This document shows, one piece after another, positions 49,616-59,153 of a DNA stretch of 64,000 nucleotides. Both the position numbers and the translations under genes were made by a program. The first letter of the stretch is position 1; the number at the start of each line of letters is the position of its first letter. Origin of the DNA: Calditrichia bacterium (GTDB lineage: Bacteria; Calditrichota; Calditrichia; RBG-13-44-9; J075); the NCBI GenBank assembly GCA_050633245.1, contig JBOEGD010000018.1:1-64000 (forward strand), read 5' to 3'. The notes below the pieces were generated by a model. It had not been told where the DNA came from. It made no database searches and saw only the letters and a list, made by a program, of their open reading frames with translations.

Positions 49616-51028
49616 TTAGGCCTTAGATTTATTCTGAGGGTTTAAGATAAAGGATCTCGCTCGTCTTGCGATCCGGCTATCTCTATCACCCTCTAGCCTA
49701 ATAGCAATCGAAAAACAAAGTTTAGCAAGCTCAGAATAGTGTTTTTCACGATCCGGGTGATTCATTCTGTAGGCGAGATACCATTCCCCCAAATGTAGGT
49801 ACGTTGATGATATATGAGGTTCATTTTCAATACAGTCCAAGAGAAGCGACTTTGAGAAAACGAAATCCCCTGCTTTTAACAGTGCATAGCCGTAAGCATC
49901 CTGAAGGAAGCCCCAGCTTATCGGGATAGAATGGCCGACAAGTCTTGAAAGAACAGCAGCATCCTTTTCCAAAGCATTTTTATGTAGAGCGCCTCGGATT
50001 AATTCCAACGGCCGCTCTCTTTCCTCTGAAGTTTTAGAAATATCTTCAATATGCAATTCCAACTTTTCGGCCTCTCTAAGCCCTCTCGTAATTTGATATA
50101 AGAAGCATCGGCTATTGCGTTGTTCCGAAAGCTCTAACACTTCATACATGGCCTGGTCATCTTCAACCTCCCCAAGAGCGAGAGCTTTTTGTAGGTAAAG
50201 TAAATTGTCCAATGAGGCATCTCGCGTCTCAGAGGATAACTCTTTGTTAAGCAAAACAAGCGCATCGGCATATTTACCACGTATTCTAAACATACATGCT
50301 TTTATTATCACAAGCCTTGTTGACATTTTTTTATTGGCTTCCAGTTTGAGAAAAAGTTTTGACAAGTCCTTCCACTTTTGTCCTGTTACAAGTTTAAAGG
50401 CATGTTTCTCTGTCTCTGTAAGCTCGACACTATCATTGTTTATCATTGCCAGCAATGTTCGAGCTCGCCTTGAAATATTTGCATCATGTAGAACAAACCG
50501 TCTTAAAACAAAATGCAACACCAATCCACCCGAAAAACCAAATAAATAAAAGACGGCATAATGTTGATGATAAATTGCAAATGGGAATAGCCAAAGAAAG
50601 ATCATTATGCAGGATAATAAGGCGAGACGCTGTATATCGGTACTTCTATCAAATAGATGATTTATTGAGTAAGATAACAACATCTTTCTAAAAATTGTGC
50701 CAACGATTAAGCCTAGAATTACATATTGAAAGACTCCTTCTAGTGTTATCAGTAGACTCTTATTAGCGGATAAGAATGGGTAAAGGAAATAAAACAGGCA
50801 TACCACCGAATACACTATCAAGCTTGCGATACTAATCACGAGTAGCTTTTTGGCAAAGAAGAGTGATAAGTGTTTTTGAATACCTGCGACGAGGTTTTCG
50901 ATTGTAAACACACCAACCGTGATTAAGAATCCAGTTAAAAATGAAAATTGATGATAAACTGACAAGTAGGAAATAAATAGCAATATAATTATATATAGCG
51001 CCCACCAAATTACTATTTTATATGCCAT
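49616..51028 (-). CDS. Six-TM membrane protein with C-terminal TPR-like region
   Basis: Hydrophobic N-third, then DAYGYALLKAG and TYLHLGEWY. Confidence 0.7.
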   Translation of the reverse strand: MAYKIVIWWALYIIILLFISYLSVYHQFSFLTGFLITVGVFTIENLVAGIQKHLSLFFAKKLLVISIASLIVYSVVCLFYFLYPFLSANKSLLITLEGVFQYVILGLIVGTIFRKMLLSYSINHLFDRSTDIQRLALLSCIMIFLWLFPFAIYHQHYAVFYLFGFSGGLVLHFVLRRFVLHDANISRRARTLLAMINNDSVELTETEKHAFKLVTGQKWKDLSKLFLKLEANKKMSTRLVIIKACMFRIRGKYADALVLLNKELSSETRDASLDNLLYLQKALALGEVEDDQAMYEVLELSEQRNSRCFLYQITRGLREAEKLELHIEDISKTSEERERPLELIRGALHKNALEKDAAVLSRLVGHSIPISWGFLQDAYGYALLKAGDFVFSKSLLLDCIENEPHISSTYLHLGEWYLAYRMNHPDREKHYSELAKLCFSIAIRLEGDRDSRIARRARSFILNPQNKSKA

Positions 51029-51064
51029 ATCCTCTCCTCTCTAGGTTCTTTCCTAAAAATATCA

Positions 51065-51090
51065 AGCCAGCTGACTCACGTCAGCTGGCT
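51065..51090 (-). terminator. Stem-loop downstream of 51176-52108
   Basis: AGCCAGCTGAC-TCAC-GTCAGCTGGCT. Confidence 0.55.
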
Positions 51091-51175
51091 CTTATTGGCA
51101 GACTCACTCCCCAGGGAATCTGCACGATTTATTAAATTCTCTTTGCGATTATTCGCTGATCATAAATGCTATGGG

Positions 51176-52108
51176 CTATTTCTTAACGACTATGAACCGA
51201 TAATCAATTTCGCGTCCTTTATCGTCTGCATTATAGGTTGGACGAACCGCACGGATCATAATTTTACTGCCGCCGATGTACCAATAGGGATTGGTTGTTA
51301 CGCCGATCTTCATTTCCTCCCACCTATCTTTGTCATTTGTAAAGGAGTAAAATTTACCGCTGGTGGTGCGATAGACAACCAGATAACCAAGCTTGCTATT
51401 TGTTCCATTTGTGGTTGACGTAAATTTCAAAGTCAGCTGCTGTCCGGCTTCAAGAAGCGTATAGAGGTAATCATTACTGGTATTATGCAGTTTACTGGAT
51501 GCTTTCTCGGCAATCTTTTTTGCAGATCTGATGTAGGGGGTAGCATATCCAGAAGCTGCTGATACATAGTCTTTGGAAAAGATGAGCTTTATTTCGTTGC
51601 CATATGAACTGTAAATCCCATATGGATAGCTCGTGCTAAAAACTGGACCCTTTTTGTCGGAACCCTTTACAGAAAGGGGGGAGGACGAGCCCCCTGATGG
51701 TGAGAATGACGTTCCGGTGGTTGAAGTTAACTGCTGATTGATAAATTTTATTTTGTTATTATAGCCTGTTATGATGGTACTGTAAGCTGTTAATTCAACT
51801 GTCGTTGCAGCACATTCTCTGGCATTGTCAAGGCAGTATGCAAGCCCAAATAGACCCACGACAGCGAGAATGCCACGGGTATCATCGTCCATGTTTTCCG
51901 TCAGAAAAGAGGCAAGTCCTCCTCCAGAAGCTATGATCGCTGCAGTTGCAGCCTTGTGCTGCAAAATATAAGACATCATGGAAAGCTGCTTCTTACTCAG
52001 TTCACTTTGGTAATAGCGCTTTTGACTTTGCAATTCGCTTATTGTCTGTGCCTGACAAATACCGACGATAAGCATCAATACTAAGATAGCGGTATTTTTT
52101 TTAACCAT
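51176..52108 (-). CDS. Secreted hypothetical protein
   Basis: SD GGAG, start MVKKNT, signal CQA|QT, hydrophobic hairpin, Ser/Thr linker, beta C-domain. Confidence 0.65.
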   Translation of the reverse strand: MVKKNTAILVLMLIVGICQAQTISELQSQKRYYQSELSKKQLSMMSYILQHKAATAAIIASGGGLASFLTENMDDDTRGILAVVGLFGLAYCLDNARECAATTVELTAYSTIITGYNNKIKFINQQLTSTTGTSFSPSGGSSSPLSVKGSDKKGPVFSTSYPYGIYSSYGNEIKLIFSKDYVSAASGYATPYIRSAKKIAEKASSKLHNTSNDYLYTLLEAGQQLTLKFTSTTNGTNSKLGYLVVYRTTSGKFYSFTNDKDRWEEMKIGVTTNPYWYIGGSKIMIRAVRPTYNADDKGREIDYRFIVVKK

Positions 52109-52142
52109 TATTTGTCTCCACTCCATAACTAGATTAGCATGA

Positions 52143-52337
52143 TTAATAGATATTCCGTTTATCCTGATGCTCAGAGAGCAGGTGGCCACAGTGTGGGCAC
52201 TTGCGTTGAAAAAGGCCAATGTTCCATGAGGTAGCCATATCAGCTGCTTTACGCAATGGTTTCATTACAAAAGTTTTTGCAGATGTCTCTGTACATTTTG
52301 GGCAATCTCTACAGATCTTTCGTTCTTTGTGCTTCAT
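52143..52337 (-). CDS. Small Cys-rich (zinc-ribbon-like) protein
   Basis: SD GGAGG, CxxCxxC and CPHCGH…H motifs. Confidence 0.55.
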   Translation of the reverse strand: MKHKERKICRDCPKCTETSAKTFVMKPLRKAADMATSWNIGLFQRKCPHCGHLLSEHQDKRNIY

Positions 52338-52695
52338 TCTTCCTCCACGTGTTTGTTATGAACCATCTTCACTCGGAAATGAGGGGGACATTGTTCTTGC
52401 CTTTGTCTATTAGAGTCACCGCTGAGCTACTTTTCGCAAATGTTTGAGAAATATTCATTTTTTTTAAATTTCTTACTATCTCCTTGTCTCCCAGTCTGAT
52501 GCGAAAACTCCACCCGAACCGCATCTTATGTTTATCTGTGATGGGTTTTGTTCCAGTCTGATGGGAAAAATTTGAATATCTGTCGCTAAACGCTTACATT
52601 TTTGCATCAACTCCCCAATGCGAATAAGACGATTCATATACGAATACGTCTCGTATACCTATATTAGAATTTCATTCGAAACCGGATCACCGCTG

Positions 52696-54174
52696 ATGCC
52701 TGTTGATGATGGAAAAAAAACGATTCTGATTTGCTCTGCCAATCCAAAAGATATGAGGCGTGATCGCCTGGAAGACGAGCAGCGGCTAATTGAGAGTACG
52801 CTACGTCGCGACAAACAGCGCAAAAAGTATAAGATTGTTTTTTCCACTGCGACAACCATAAAGACATTGCGACGCGCTCTTATTGATCACGAGCCGTCAA
52901 TTCTTCATTTTTGTGGCACAGCTGACCGCAGTGGGGTATATGTTGAGGATGGCAATGGCAATGCGAAGGCTGTCGATCCGCATCACCTGCTTAACCTTTT
53001 GGATCTATTTAAGGATTCTCTGGAGCTGGTTTTTCTGAGCGGCTGTTACCACCCACAACTGATGGAGAATATCAAAACCCAAATTTCTGATGTTGTCGGG
53101 ATATTACCACATCCGGATTTACACCGAACAGATTTGGACGATTTGGTTGCCCCTTTTTACGAGGCAATGTTAGCAGAACGGCACGGCCCGGTTTGGGCTG
53201 TGGACTTTGCGCGTAGAGCTCAAAATCTGGACGCCGAGAAACAGCACTTGGCTAAATTGTTGGTACACCATTCTGAGGACATTCCTTCCGATATTGAAGT
53301 TCCGGCATTTCCATCGGCTAAGCCAGAACTTCAAGTTCCCCAAAATCCCGGCTGGGTGGAGTCTTTGCTGCCATTCCTGTGCGACTGTAGTAACATGGAG
53401 ATGGCCTTCCGGCGGGCACTCCGTCATTATTTGAGCGAGCCTGTTCGTGGTCCGCTCATTACTTTTTTTCTGGGTGATGAGAATGATTGCCTGCACAAAT
53501 TACTGGAACGGTTTCATTATCACCCATTGCAGAAAACTTCTGTTGCGTTTCAGGATTATCCAGAGTGGGATTTTCTTTCTGTAGGCTCCGAATGGCCGAC
53601 TTCACTAAACAATTTTGATATGGAGCTGAGCAATCGCCTCGCTTATTCGCTGGATCTGAACGCCGATGACGAGGAGGGGTTGAAAATAGAGTGGCCTTCA
53701 CGACCTCTGCCGCAGGTGTTACCCATTCGCTACGATTTGAACAGTTGGAAGGGCAATAGGGGAAGTGGCTTGCAGGCGTTTATTAATTTTTGGAAGTTGC
53801 TTAGCGGAGAAAATTTTGGCCAACCTATGATTATTTTCTTTCAGATAGAGTTTAATCAGCAAAGTGGGCTCTGGAGAAACATTTCCAGCAACGATCTAAA
53901 ACGTGTCCGAAGATTTATCGAAAATCAGATAAAATATGCTCCTCCTGACGTCAATATTTTACTTTTACCACCGACCGAAAAGATACGAAGTAAACATATA
54001 CAAAGCTGGAAAGACCATGAACTCGTAAAGTCATTTTTGGGTGATAAACGATTCCAACTCGATTTATCAACTATCCTCTCTTCTATGAAAAGTTGCAATA
54101 ACATGAAATTAGCGTCGAAAGAGCTCAAAAATGTTCTTGCTAAATTACAAAACGACTATCGCGACTCGGCTTAG
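52696..54174 (+). CDS. CHAT/caspase-like domain + inactive STAND (iSTAND) protein of a ternary conflict system
   Basis: ILICSANPKD…LRRAL…ILHFCGT…VFLSGC, then LPFLCD…PLITFFLGDENDC (degenerate P-loop), directly upstream of MoxR. Confidence 0.75.
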   Translation: MPVDDGKKTILICSANPKDMRRDRLEDEQRLIESTLRRDKQRKKYKIVFSTATTIKTLRRALIDHEPSILHFCGTADRSGVYVEDGNGNAKAVDPHHLLNLLDLFKDSLELVFLSGCYHPQLMENIKTQISDVVGILPHPDLHRTDLDDLVAPFYEAMLAERHGPVWAVDFARRAQNLDAEKQHLAKLLVHHSEDIPSDIEVPAFPSAKPELQVPQNPGWVESLLPFLCDCSNMEMAFRRALRHYLSEPVRGPLITFFLGDENDCLHKLLERFHYHPLQKTSVAFQDYPEWDFLSVGSEWPTSLNNFDMELSNRLAYSLDLNADDEEGLKIEWPSRPLPQVLPIRYDLNSWKGNRGSGLQAFINFWKLLSGENFGQPMIIFFQIEFNQQSGLWRNISSNDLKRVRRFIENQIKYAPPDVNILLLPPTEKIRSKHIQSWKDHELVKSFLGDKRFQLDLSTILSSMKSCNNMKLASKELKNVLAKLQNDYRDSA

Positions 54175-54201
54175 TCGCATTATTAAACTCAGGATAATAG
54201 C

Positions 54202-55203
54202 ATGACATTTCAACTCTACAAAACTGAACTGAAGGCGCCTCAGAAAAATATGACGTCTCTGCTTCCGGCATCTGCTGGGCAGGTGCTTACTAATCCGGAA
54301 AATTATCGAGCCTCTCCAGATTTGGCTGCCGCTGTGAACGTAGCACTGCGTCTAAGGCAGCCGCTGTTGGTTACCGGCGAGCCGGGAACCGGCAAAACCC
54401 AATTGGCACACAGCGTTACCTGGCAGTTGGGGCTTGGACAGGTGCTTGAATTTGAAACCCAATCCAACAGTATTGCGCGCGATCTGTTCTACAGTTACGA
54501 TCACATGAGCCGTTTTCATGCCGCGCAAACCAAAACAGGCAGCGATGACAATTTGGATTATCTGGAATATCAGGCGCTTGGCAAGGCTATTCTTCTGGCA
54601 AATAAAAATTCGACAGTAAAAGATTTTCTGAGGCCAGCAATGGACTTTCAGCATCCCGGCGAGCCAAGACTCTCGGTGGTGCTGGTGGACGAAATCGACA
54701 AAGCGCCGCGCGATTTTCCCAATGATATTCTCAATCAGATTCGCCGCATGTATTTCCGTCTGGGGCCAATGAATAATGTTAAGGTGGAAGCCGATCCACA
54801 GTGGCGACCGATACTTATTTTTACCAGTAACTCGGAGAAACACCTGCCCGATGCCTTCCTGCGTCGCTGTGTATACTATCATATCCCTTTTCCAGAGGAC
54901 AATGAGCTGAAAGACATCGTTGCCAGTCGCCTTGGCAAGACAGCTGAAGCGTTAAAGGCAGAACCGGTAATCTATGATGCACTTGAATTCTTTCAGAAAG
55001 TACGTAACATGGCGCCTCAGCTGCAAAAAAAACCGGCTACCGCTGAACTGCTGGACTGGCTAATGCTGCTGCAGGATATGCAGCAGGAAAAAGGGACATT
55101 GAGCTCTGATGATTGGCAAATCAGTTTGCCTTGTTTGCTGAAGACCAGTACGGATCGCGAATCTGTAATGAAACGAATGCCGCAATGGCTTACAAGCGAA
55201 TAG
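54202..55203 (+). CDS. MoxR-family AAA+ ATPase
   Basis: GEPGTGKT, LVDEIDKAPRDFPNDIL, TSNSEKHLPDAFLRRC, KKPATAELLDW. Confidence 0.92.
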   Translation: MTFQLYKTELKAPQKNMTSLLPASAGQVLTNPENYRASPDLAAAVNVALRLRQPLLVTGEPGTGKTQLAHSVTWQLGLGQVLEFETQSNSIARDLFYSYDHMSRFHAAQTKTGSDDNLDYLEYQALGKAILLANKNSTVKDFLRPAMDFQHPGEPRLSVVLVDEIDKAPRDFPNDILNQIRRMYFRLGPMNNVKVEADPQWRPILIFTSNSEKHLPDAFLRRCVYYHIPFPEDNELKDIVASRLGKTAEALKAEPVIYDALEFFQKVRNMAPQLQKKPATAELLDWLMLLQDMQQEKGTLSSDDWQISLPCLLKTSTDRESVMKRMPQWLTSE

Positions 55204-58200
55204 GCGCCGGCAAACATCTCTTTTACCAGCTTCAGCTCGATAAATTTTTTGAGGAGTTGAGACGCAATGGTTATCGTGTCGGAGTGGATACCCACCTGCG
55301 GGTTCAGCAGCTTTTGCTGTCTCTGGCTTCGAATAATGAAATGCCCGATAATCCAATGCTGCTGCAGCCAATGCTTGCAGCACTGGTATGTGGCAGCGAA
55401 ACTGAGCAGCAGCAGTTCCCGAATCAGTTTCAGAGTTGGTTGGTGCAACAGAATCTGGCGGGAAAAGGACAACCGGCCGCAGACGTGCCGGTTGCAGAGG
55501 AAAATGAGCGCTTCCAGGAACTGATCGAATTGGCTCAAACAGAAGAAAAGGGGCTCTTTTTCGCCATTGTTTTGGCTGCGTTCTTTGTCTTACTTGCATT
55601 GTTGAGATTTAATCATTCTTCGCAACCGCATGAGTTCGAATTAAGCGGTTTGTTACAAACAGAAGATGGTGCCCCGTTCGCACATTCTCCTATTAGTTTT
55701 GCCGGGCAAAAGGATAGCACCGACTCATCCGGTAAATTTCGATTCACTTTTATCGAAGCAGCAAGCAGCGGCTATCTAACAGTCGATTCTACCGGCTATA
55801 GTAATACATCTTTTGCAATTCCGCGCAGCAAATCTATTGAAGATACTTCGCTGGTCGCCCGGCAGGATATTCCAATCGTTCAAGTTGATTCTACCGCTAT
55901 TGTACTTTCAGATACCGTGCCAGACAGTCTGCAGCCAACTTATACGACCTATAAGATGCCCATCGGATGGGAGTGGTATTGGCCGATGCTCCTGCTGTAT
56001 TTGCTGCCGGCAACACTCGCGCTATTGTACGCCGGATATTATTACTGGCGCCGCCGCTTTGTACTGCAGCGCAGGCCACCACGTGGAGAGCCTACGTTTG
56101 AAGAATGGCTGCTGGAGCTTTCTGATGCCAATCCGCTGTTCATGAGCTCCGGTATGCGGCGCAGTAGTCAGGAGCTGCGCCGCCACTTGCTGCGCGATTC
56201 CGGCCGGGTGGATGTCGAATCTACCATAACAGCAACACTGGAAGCAGGAGGCGTACTAACACCGGTGTCTGGCCGGGAAAAAGTGACGCCGGAATATCTG
56301 CTGCTAAGGCAGCGTCATGGACGCAACGATCAATCCGATGAGTGGATAAAAGCCCTGATCTTCCGCCTGAAGGAACAGGGGATTCTGCTGAATAATTACG
56401 AGTTCTCCGGCAGTGCCGGACTGTGCAGAGACGTTGATGATCCGCGCAGCAGCCGTAGCATTGAAGCTCTTTATTCCCGCTTTGCCCACTGTCGCCTGCT
56501 AATATTTGCCGATGCCGATTCTATGTTTAATCCACTTAGCGGGGTTGCGCTGCCCTGGCTGAAGCAGCTTGATGACTGGCAGCACAAGGCGATATTCGTC
56601 CCGCCGGAACAGCTGAAGTTGAATCGCTGGCTGCCGGAAGCATTAGAGGAGCAGGATTGTTTATTGTTCGAGGCAAATGCCGACGGTTTGGAAGCGCTGG
56701 TCGAACGCCTTATAAAGAACGATATGAACGAAAACGGCGCGCAAATTTTGCCGCATTCGGAATGGGAGGAGTGGATCGATCCGCCCGGTTGGTTAACCGG
56801 CCGGACACCGCCGAATCAGAAGCAGATTAGCCATCTGCTTGGCAAGCTGAAGCGCTGGTTCAACAATGATGAAGCCGGCTACCACTGGCTGGCCGCCTGC
56901 GCTGTATTCCCGCTGTTGCGCTGGGAACTAACGCTTTTTCTTGGTGAACAGTTACGAGGAAGTAAAGAAATGCCGCTGCTGAATGAAGAGCGCCTCGAAA
57001 AACTGGTGCAGCTACCGTGGTTCCGACGCGGTTTTCTGCCGGACTGGCTGCGTGAAGCGCTTCTGATTTCACTAAGCAAAGATCAGGATGCCTATATCCG
57101 CAATATTCTGAGTGATGTGATGAGGCAAAGGGATACTGGCTTATCCTCGGGGTTCCCGCTCAACGTTGCGGATGACCGCTCGCGTAATCTGCGTGAAGTC
57201 GCTGCGCGTCAGTGGCGCCGACTTATTGATACCGCCCTTCCGGGACTGCCGGACGATGCCATTTTTAAAGATTTCATACAAGCGCCACCAAGCCGCAGCC
57301 TGCTCTTTTTTTTGCCGGAAGAATGGCAGCGTCGTCTCGCGCCGCTACTGCGTAATTACCTGGCTGGTATGGCACTTACTTTATTTGTTTTGCTTGCAAC
57401 CAGTGCATTTTTCCTGGCTCCGCCAGTCCAGGATAAAATCATAAATAGCCCGGTAGAGATGCTGCTGGTCCCCGGTGGTGAGTTTGATATGGGCAGCAAT
57501 GATGAAGATGCAGATACTGATGAACAGCCGGTACACCGGGTGCAGGTTGGCGATTTTTACATGGGACGCTATGAAGTAACGATTGGTCAATTTTTACGCT
57601 TTATTGATGAGCAGGATACAACGAAACGCTCGGAGCGTGTAAGCTGGCGCCCACCTGACTACTCAGTGTCTGTGCATCATCCGGTGGTAAACGTAAGCTG
57701 GGAGGATGCTGTGCGTTTCTGCAACTGGATGAGCGACAAGACGGGGCGAACCAGAGTGTACAGTGAAACCGACAGCGGCTGGACGAGCAATGTTAACGCT
57801 GATGGTTTCCGCCTGCCCACTGAGGCCGAGTGGGAATATGCAGCGCGTGGTGGGAAGCAATATAAATATCCGTGGGGTGAAGAGGGGATTCTCTCAAACA
57901 TTGCAGATTCGATGGCATTACAAACAATTTATGAAGGTTTAATTACTATTGAATCCAATTACGGTGATAACTTCGCCTATGCTTCTCCAGTGGGTAGCTT
58001 TCGACCAAATCCTTTCGGGCTGGAAGACTTGGGTGGAAATGTCTGGGAATGGTGCTCCGATTGGTATGATGCTGAGTATTATCAGCAGTATTCCGATAGC
58101 GCGGTAGCAAGAAATCCTATTGGCCCACAGACAGGTTCGGGCCGCGTTCTGCGCGGCGGTAGCTGGTTCAACCCCGCGCAGAATTGCCGTTCAGCGTGTC

Positions 58201-58595
58201 GCCACTGGTACGATCCCGACGACCGCAACAGCGACGTCGGCTTTCGTTTGGTTTTGCCAAGTTTTTCTTTACAGAAGTTAGCGCCAAATGCCTCAGAAAT
58301 ATTTTTCGGTGCCAATCCAATTTCTGACTCTATACTAATTGTAAATGAGGCACCTATCAGTGTTGTCTTAAATGTCAGTACTGATAGGAAAGACTGGTCT
58401 ACCCATGTTCTTAATGTTAATACTTCAATGGCACTGAAGGTTGATGGACAAAGCGACATTTATTTCAGAATGTATACAGCGCCTGATTTGAGTCGGAGTA
58501 AGATACTTGTCGAAGCAACCCTTGAAAAAAATGAGCAATATCGAATATTTTATAATCAACTGAGAAATCAATACGATGTGAGCCTTATAGATTAA
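55185..58595 (+). CDS. Membrane vWA-like component with a C-terminal FGE-sulfatase (CLec-fold) domain
   Basis: FFEELRRNGYRVGV N-terminus, DVESTITATL…PEYLLL (degenerate MIDAS), WLAACAVFP, three TM segments, FRLPTEAEWEYAAR, GNVWEWC, RGGSW…GFR. Confidence 0.85.
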   Translation: MAYKRIGAGKHLFYQLQLDKFFEELRRNGYRVGVDTHLRVQQLLLSLASNNEMPDNPMLLQPMLAALVCGSETEQQQFPNQFQSWLVQQNLAGKGQPAADVPVAEENERFQELIELAQTEEKGLFFAIVLAAFFVLLALLRFNHSSQPHEFELSGLLQTEDGAPFAHSPISFAGQKDSTDSSGKFRFTFIEAASSGYLTVDSTGYSNTSFAIPRSKSIEDTSLVARQDIPIVQVDSTAIVLSDTVPDSLQPTYTTYKMPIGWEWYWPMLLLYLLPATLALLYAGYYYWRRRFVLQRRPPRGEPTFEEWLLELSDANPLFMSSGMRRSSQELRRHLLRDSGRVDVESTITATLEAGGVLTPVSGREKVTPEYLLLRQRHGRNDQSDEWIKALIFRLKEQGILLNNYEFSGSAGLCRDVDDPRSSRSIEALYSRFAHCRLLIFADADSMFNPLSGVALPWLKQLDDWQHKAIFVPPEQLKLNRWLPEALEEQDCLLFEANADGLEALVERLIKNDMNENGAQILPHSEWEEWIDPPGWLTGRTPPNQKQISHLLGKLKRWFNNDEAGYHWLAACAVFPLLRWELTLFLGEQLRGSKEMPLLNEERLEKLVQLPWFRRGFLPDWLREALLISLSKDQDAYIRNILSDVMRQRDTGLSSGFPLNVADDRSRNLREVAARQWRRLIDTALPGLPDDAIFKDFIQAPPSRSLLFFLPEEWQRRLAPLLRNYLAGMALTLFVLLATSAFFLAPPVQDKIINSPVEMLLVPGGEFDMGSNDEDADTDEQPVHRVQVGDFYMGRYEVTIGQFLRFIDEQDTTKRSERVSWRPPDYSVSVHHPVVNVSWEDAVRFCNWMSDKTGRTRVYSETDSGWTSNVNADGFRLPTEAEWEYAARGGKQYKYPWGEEGILSNIADSMALQTIYEGLITIESNYGDNFAYASPVGSFRPNPFGLEDLGGNVWEWCSDWYDAEYYQQYSDSAVARNPIGPQTGSGRVLRGGSWFNPAQNCRSACRHWYDPDDRNSDVGFRLVLPSFSLQKLAPNASEIFFGANPISDSILIVNEAPISVVLNVSTDRKDWSTHVLNVNTSMALKVDGQSDIYFRMYTAPDLSRSKILVEATLEKNEQYRIFYNQLRNQYDVSLID
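58152..58255 (+). repeat. Candidate DGR variable region 1 (104-nt homolog of 60381-60484)
   Basis: 86/104 identical to the second copy. 14 of 18 mismatches are at codon positions 1-2. Confidence 0.65.
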
Positions 58596-58630
58596 AACAA
58601 TAATTATCGCTAAAGGATAATCAAGTACTG

Positions 58631-59135
58631 TTAGAATAGTATTTTCTCAAAAATAACCGGCTCCAACGCATCAAGACCGTTTTCCAGGGCGAGTGAAGCA
58701 CAGGCAATATCGAAGGATTTTTTATAATCTTTTCCGGCAAAAATAGCATCATAGAACGCTATGGCAAATTTAATGGCCAGTGGATCGTGAATCGGTTGTT
58801 TCATGCCGATGGCTGCCGGGATCCCGGCTTTGGCAGTGTCTTCTGCTACTGCAGCCGTTTTGCAGGCATTGAAGAGTACGCATTCAAGGGAATCGAACAT
58901 GACTAAAAAATCGGCCAGCGCCTGTCGCGGCACAAGCTTACTTAGGCCGTTGTCGTCCAAAAGCATTATACCGTCTTCAATAGCATGGCCGCAGAAGTGT
59001 ACAACAGACGGAGATTCATCCAGCAGGGCACGGTTCATATCACGAAGCCAGCTCGCGGATCTCCTCATCCAATCGCAGGGGATTTGTGTTGTCGGTCGGG
59101 TTCGCAGAAAGAATGAGAATGATTTTTTCAGACAT
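58631..59135 (-). pseudogene. CHAT/caspase-like domain gene with a frameshifting internal deletion
   Basis: ATG 59135 reads MSEKIILILSANPTDNTNPLRLDEEIRELAS*. The rest (RDMNRALLDESPSVVHFCGHA…LFNAC) is in another frame. Confidence 0.75.
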
Positions 59136-59153
59136 AACAAAAAGTAAGATATT

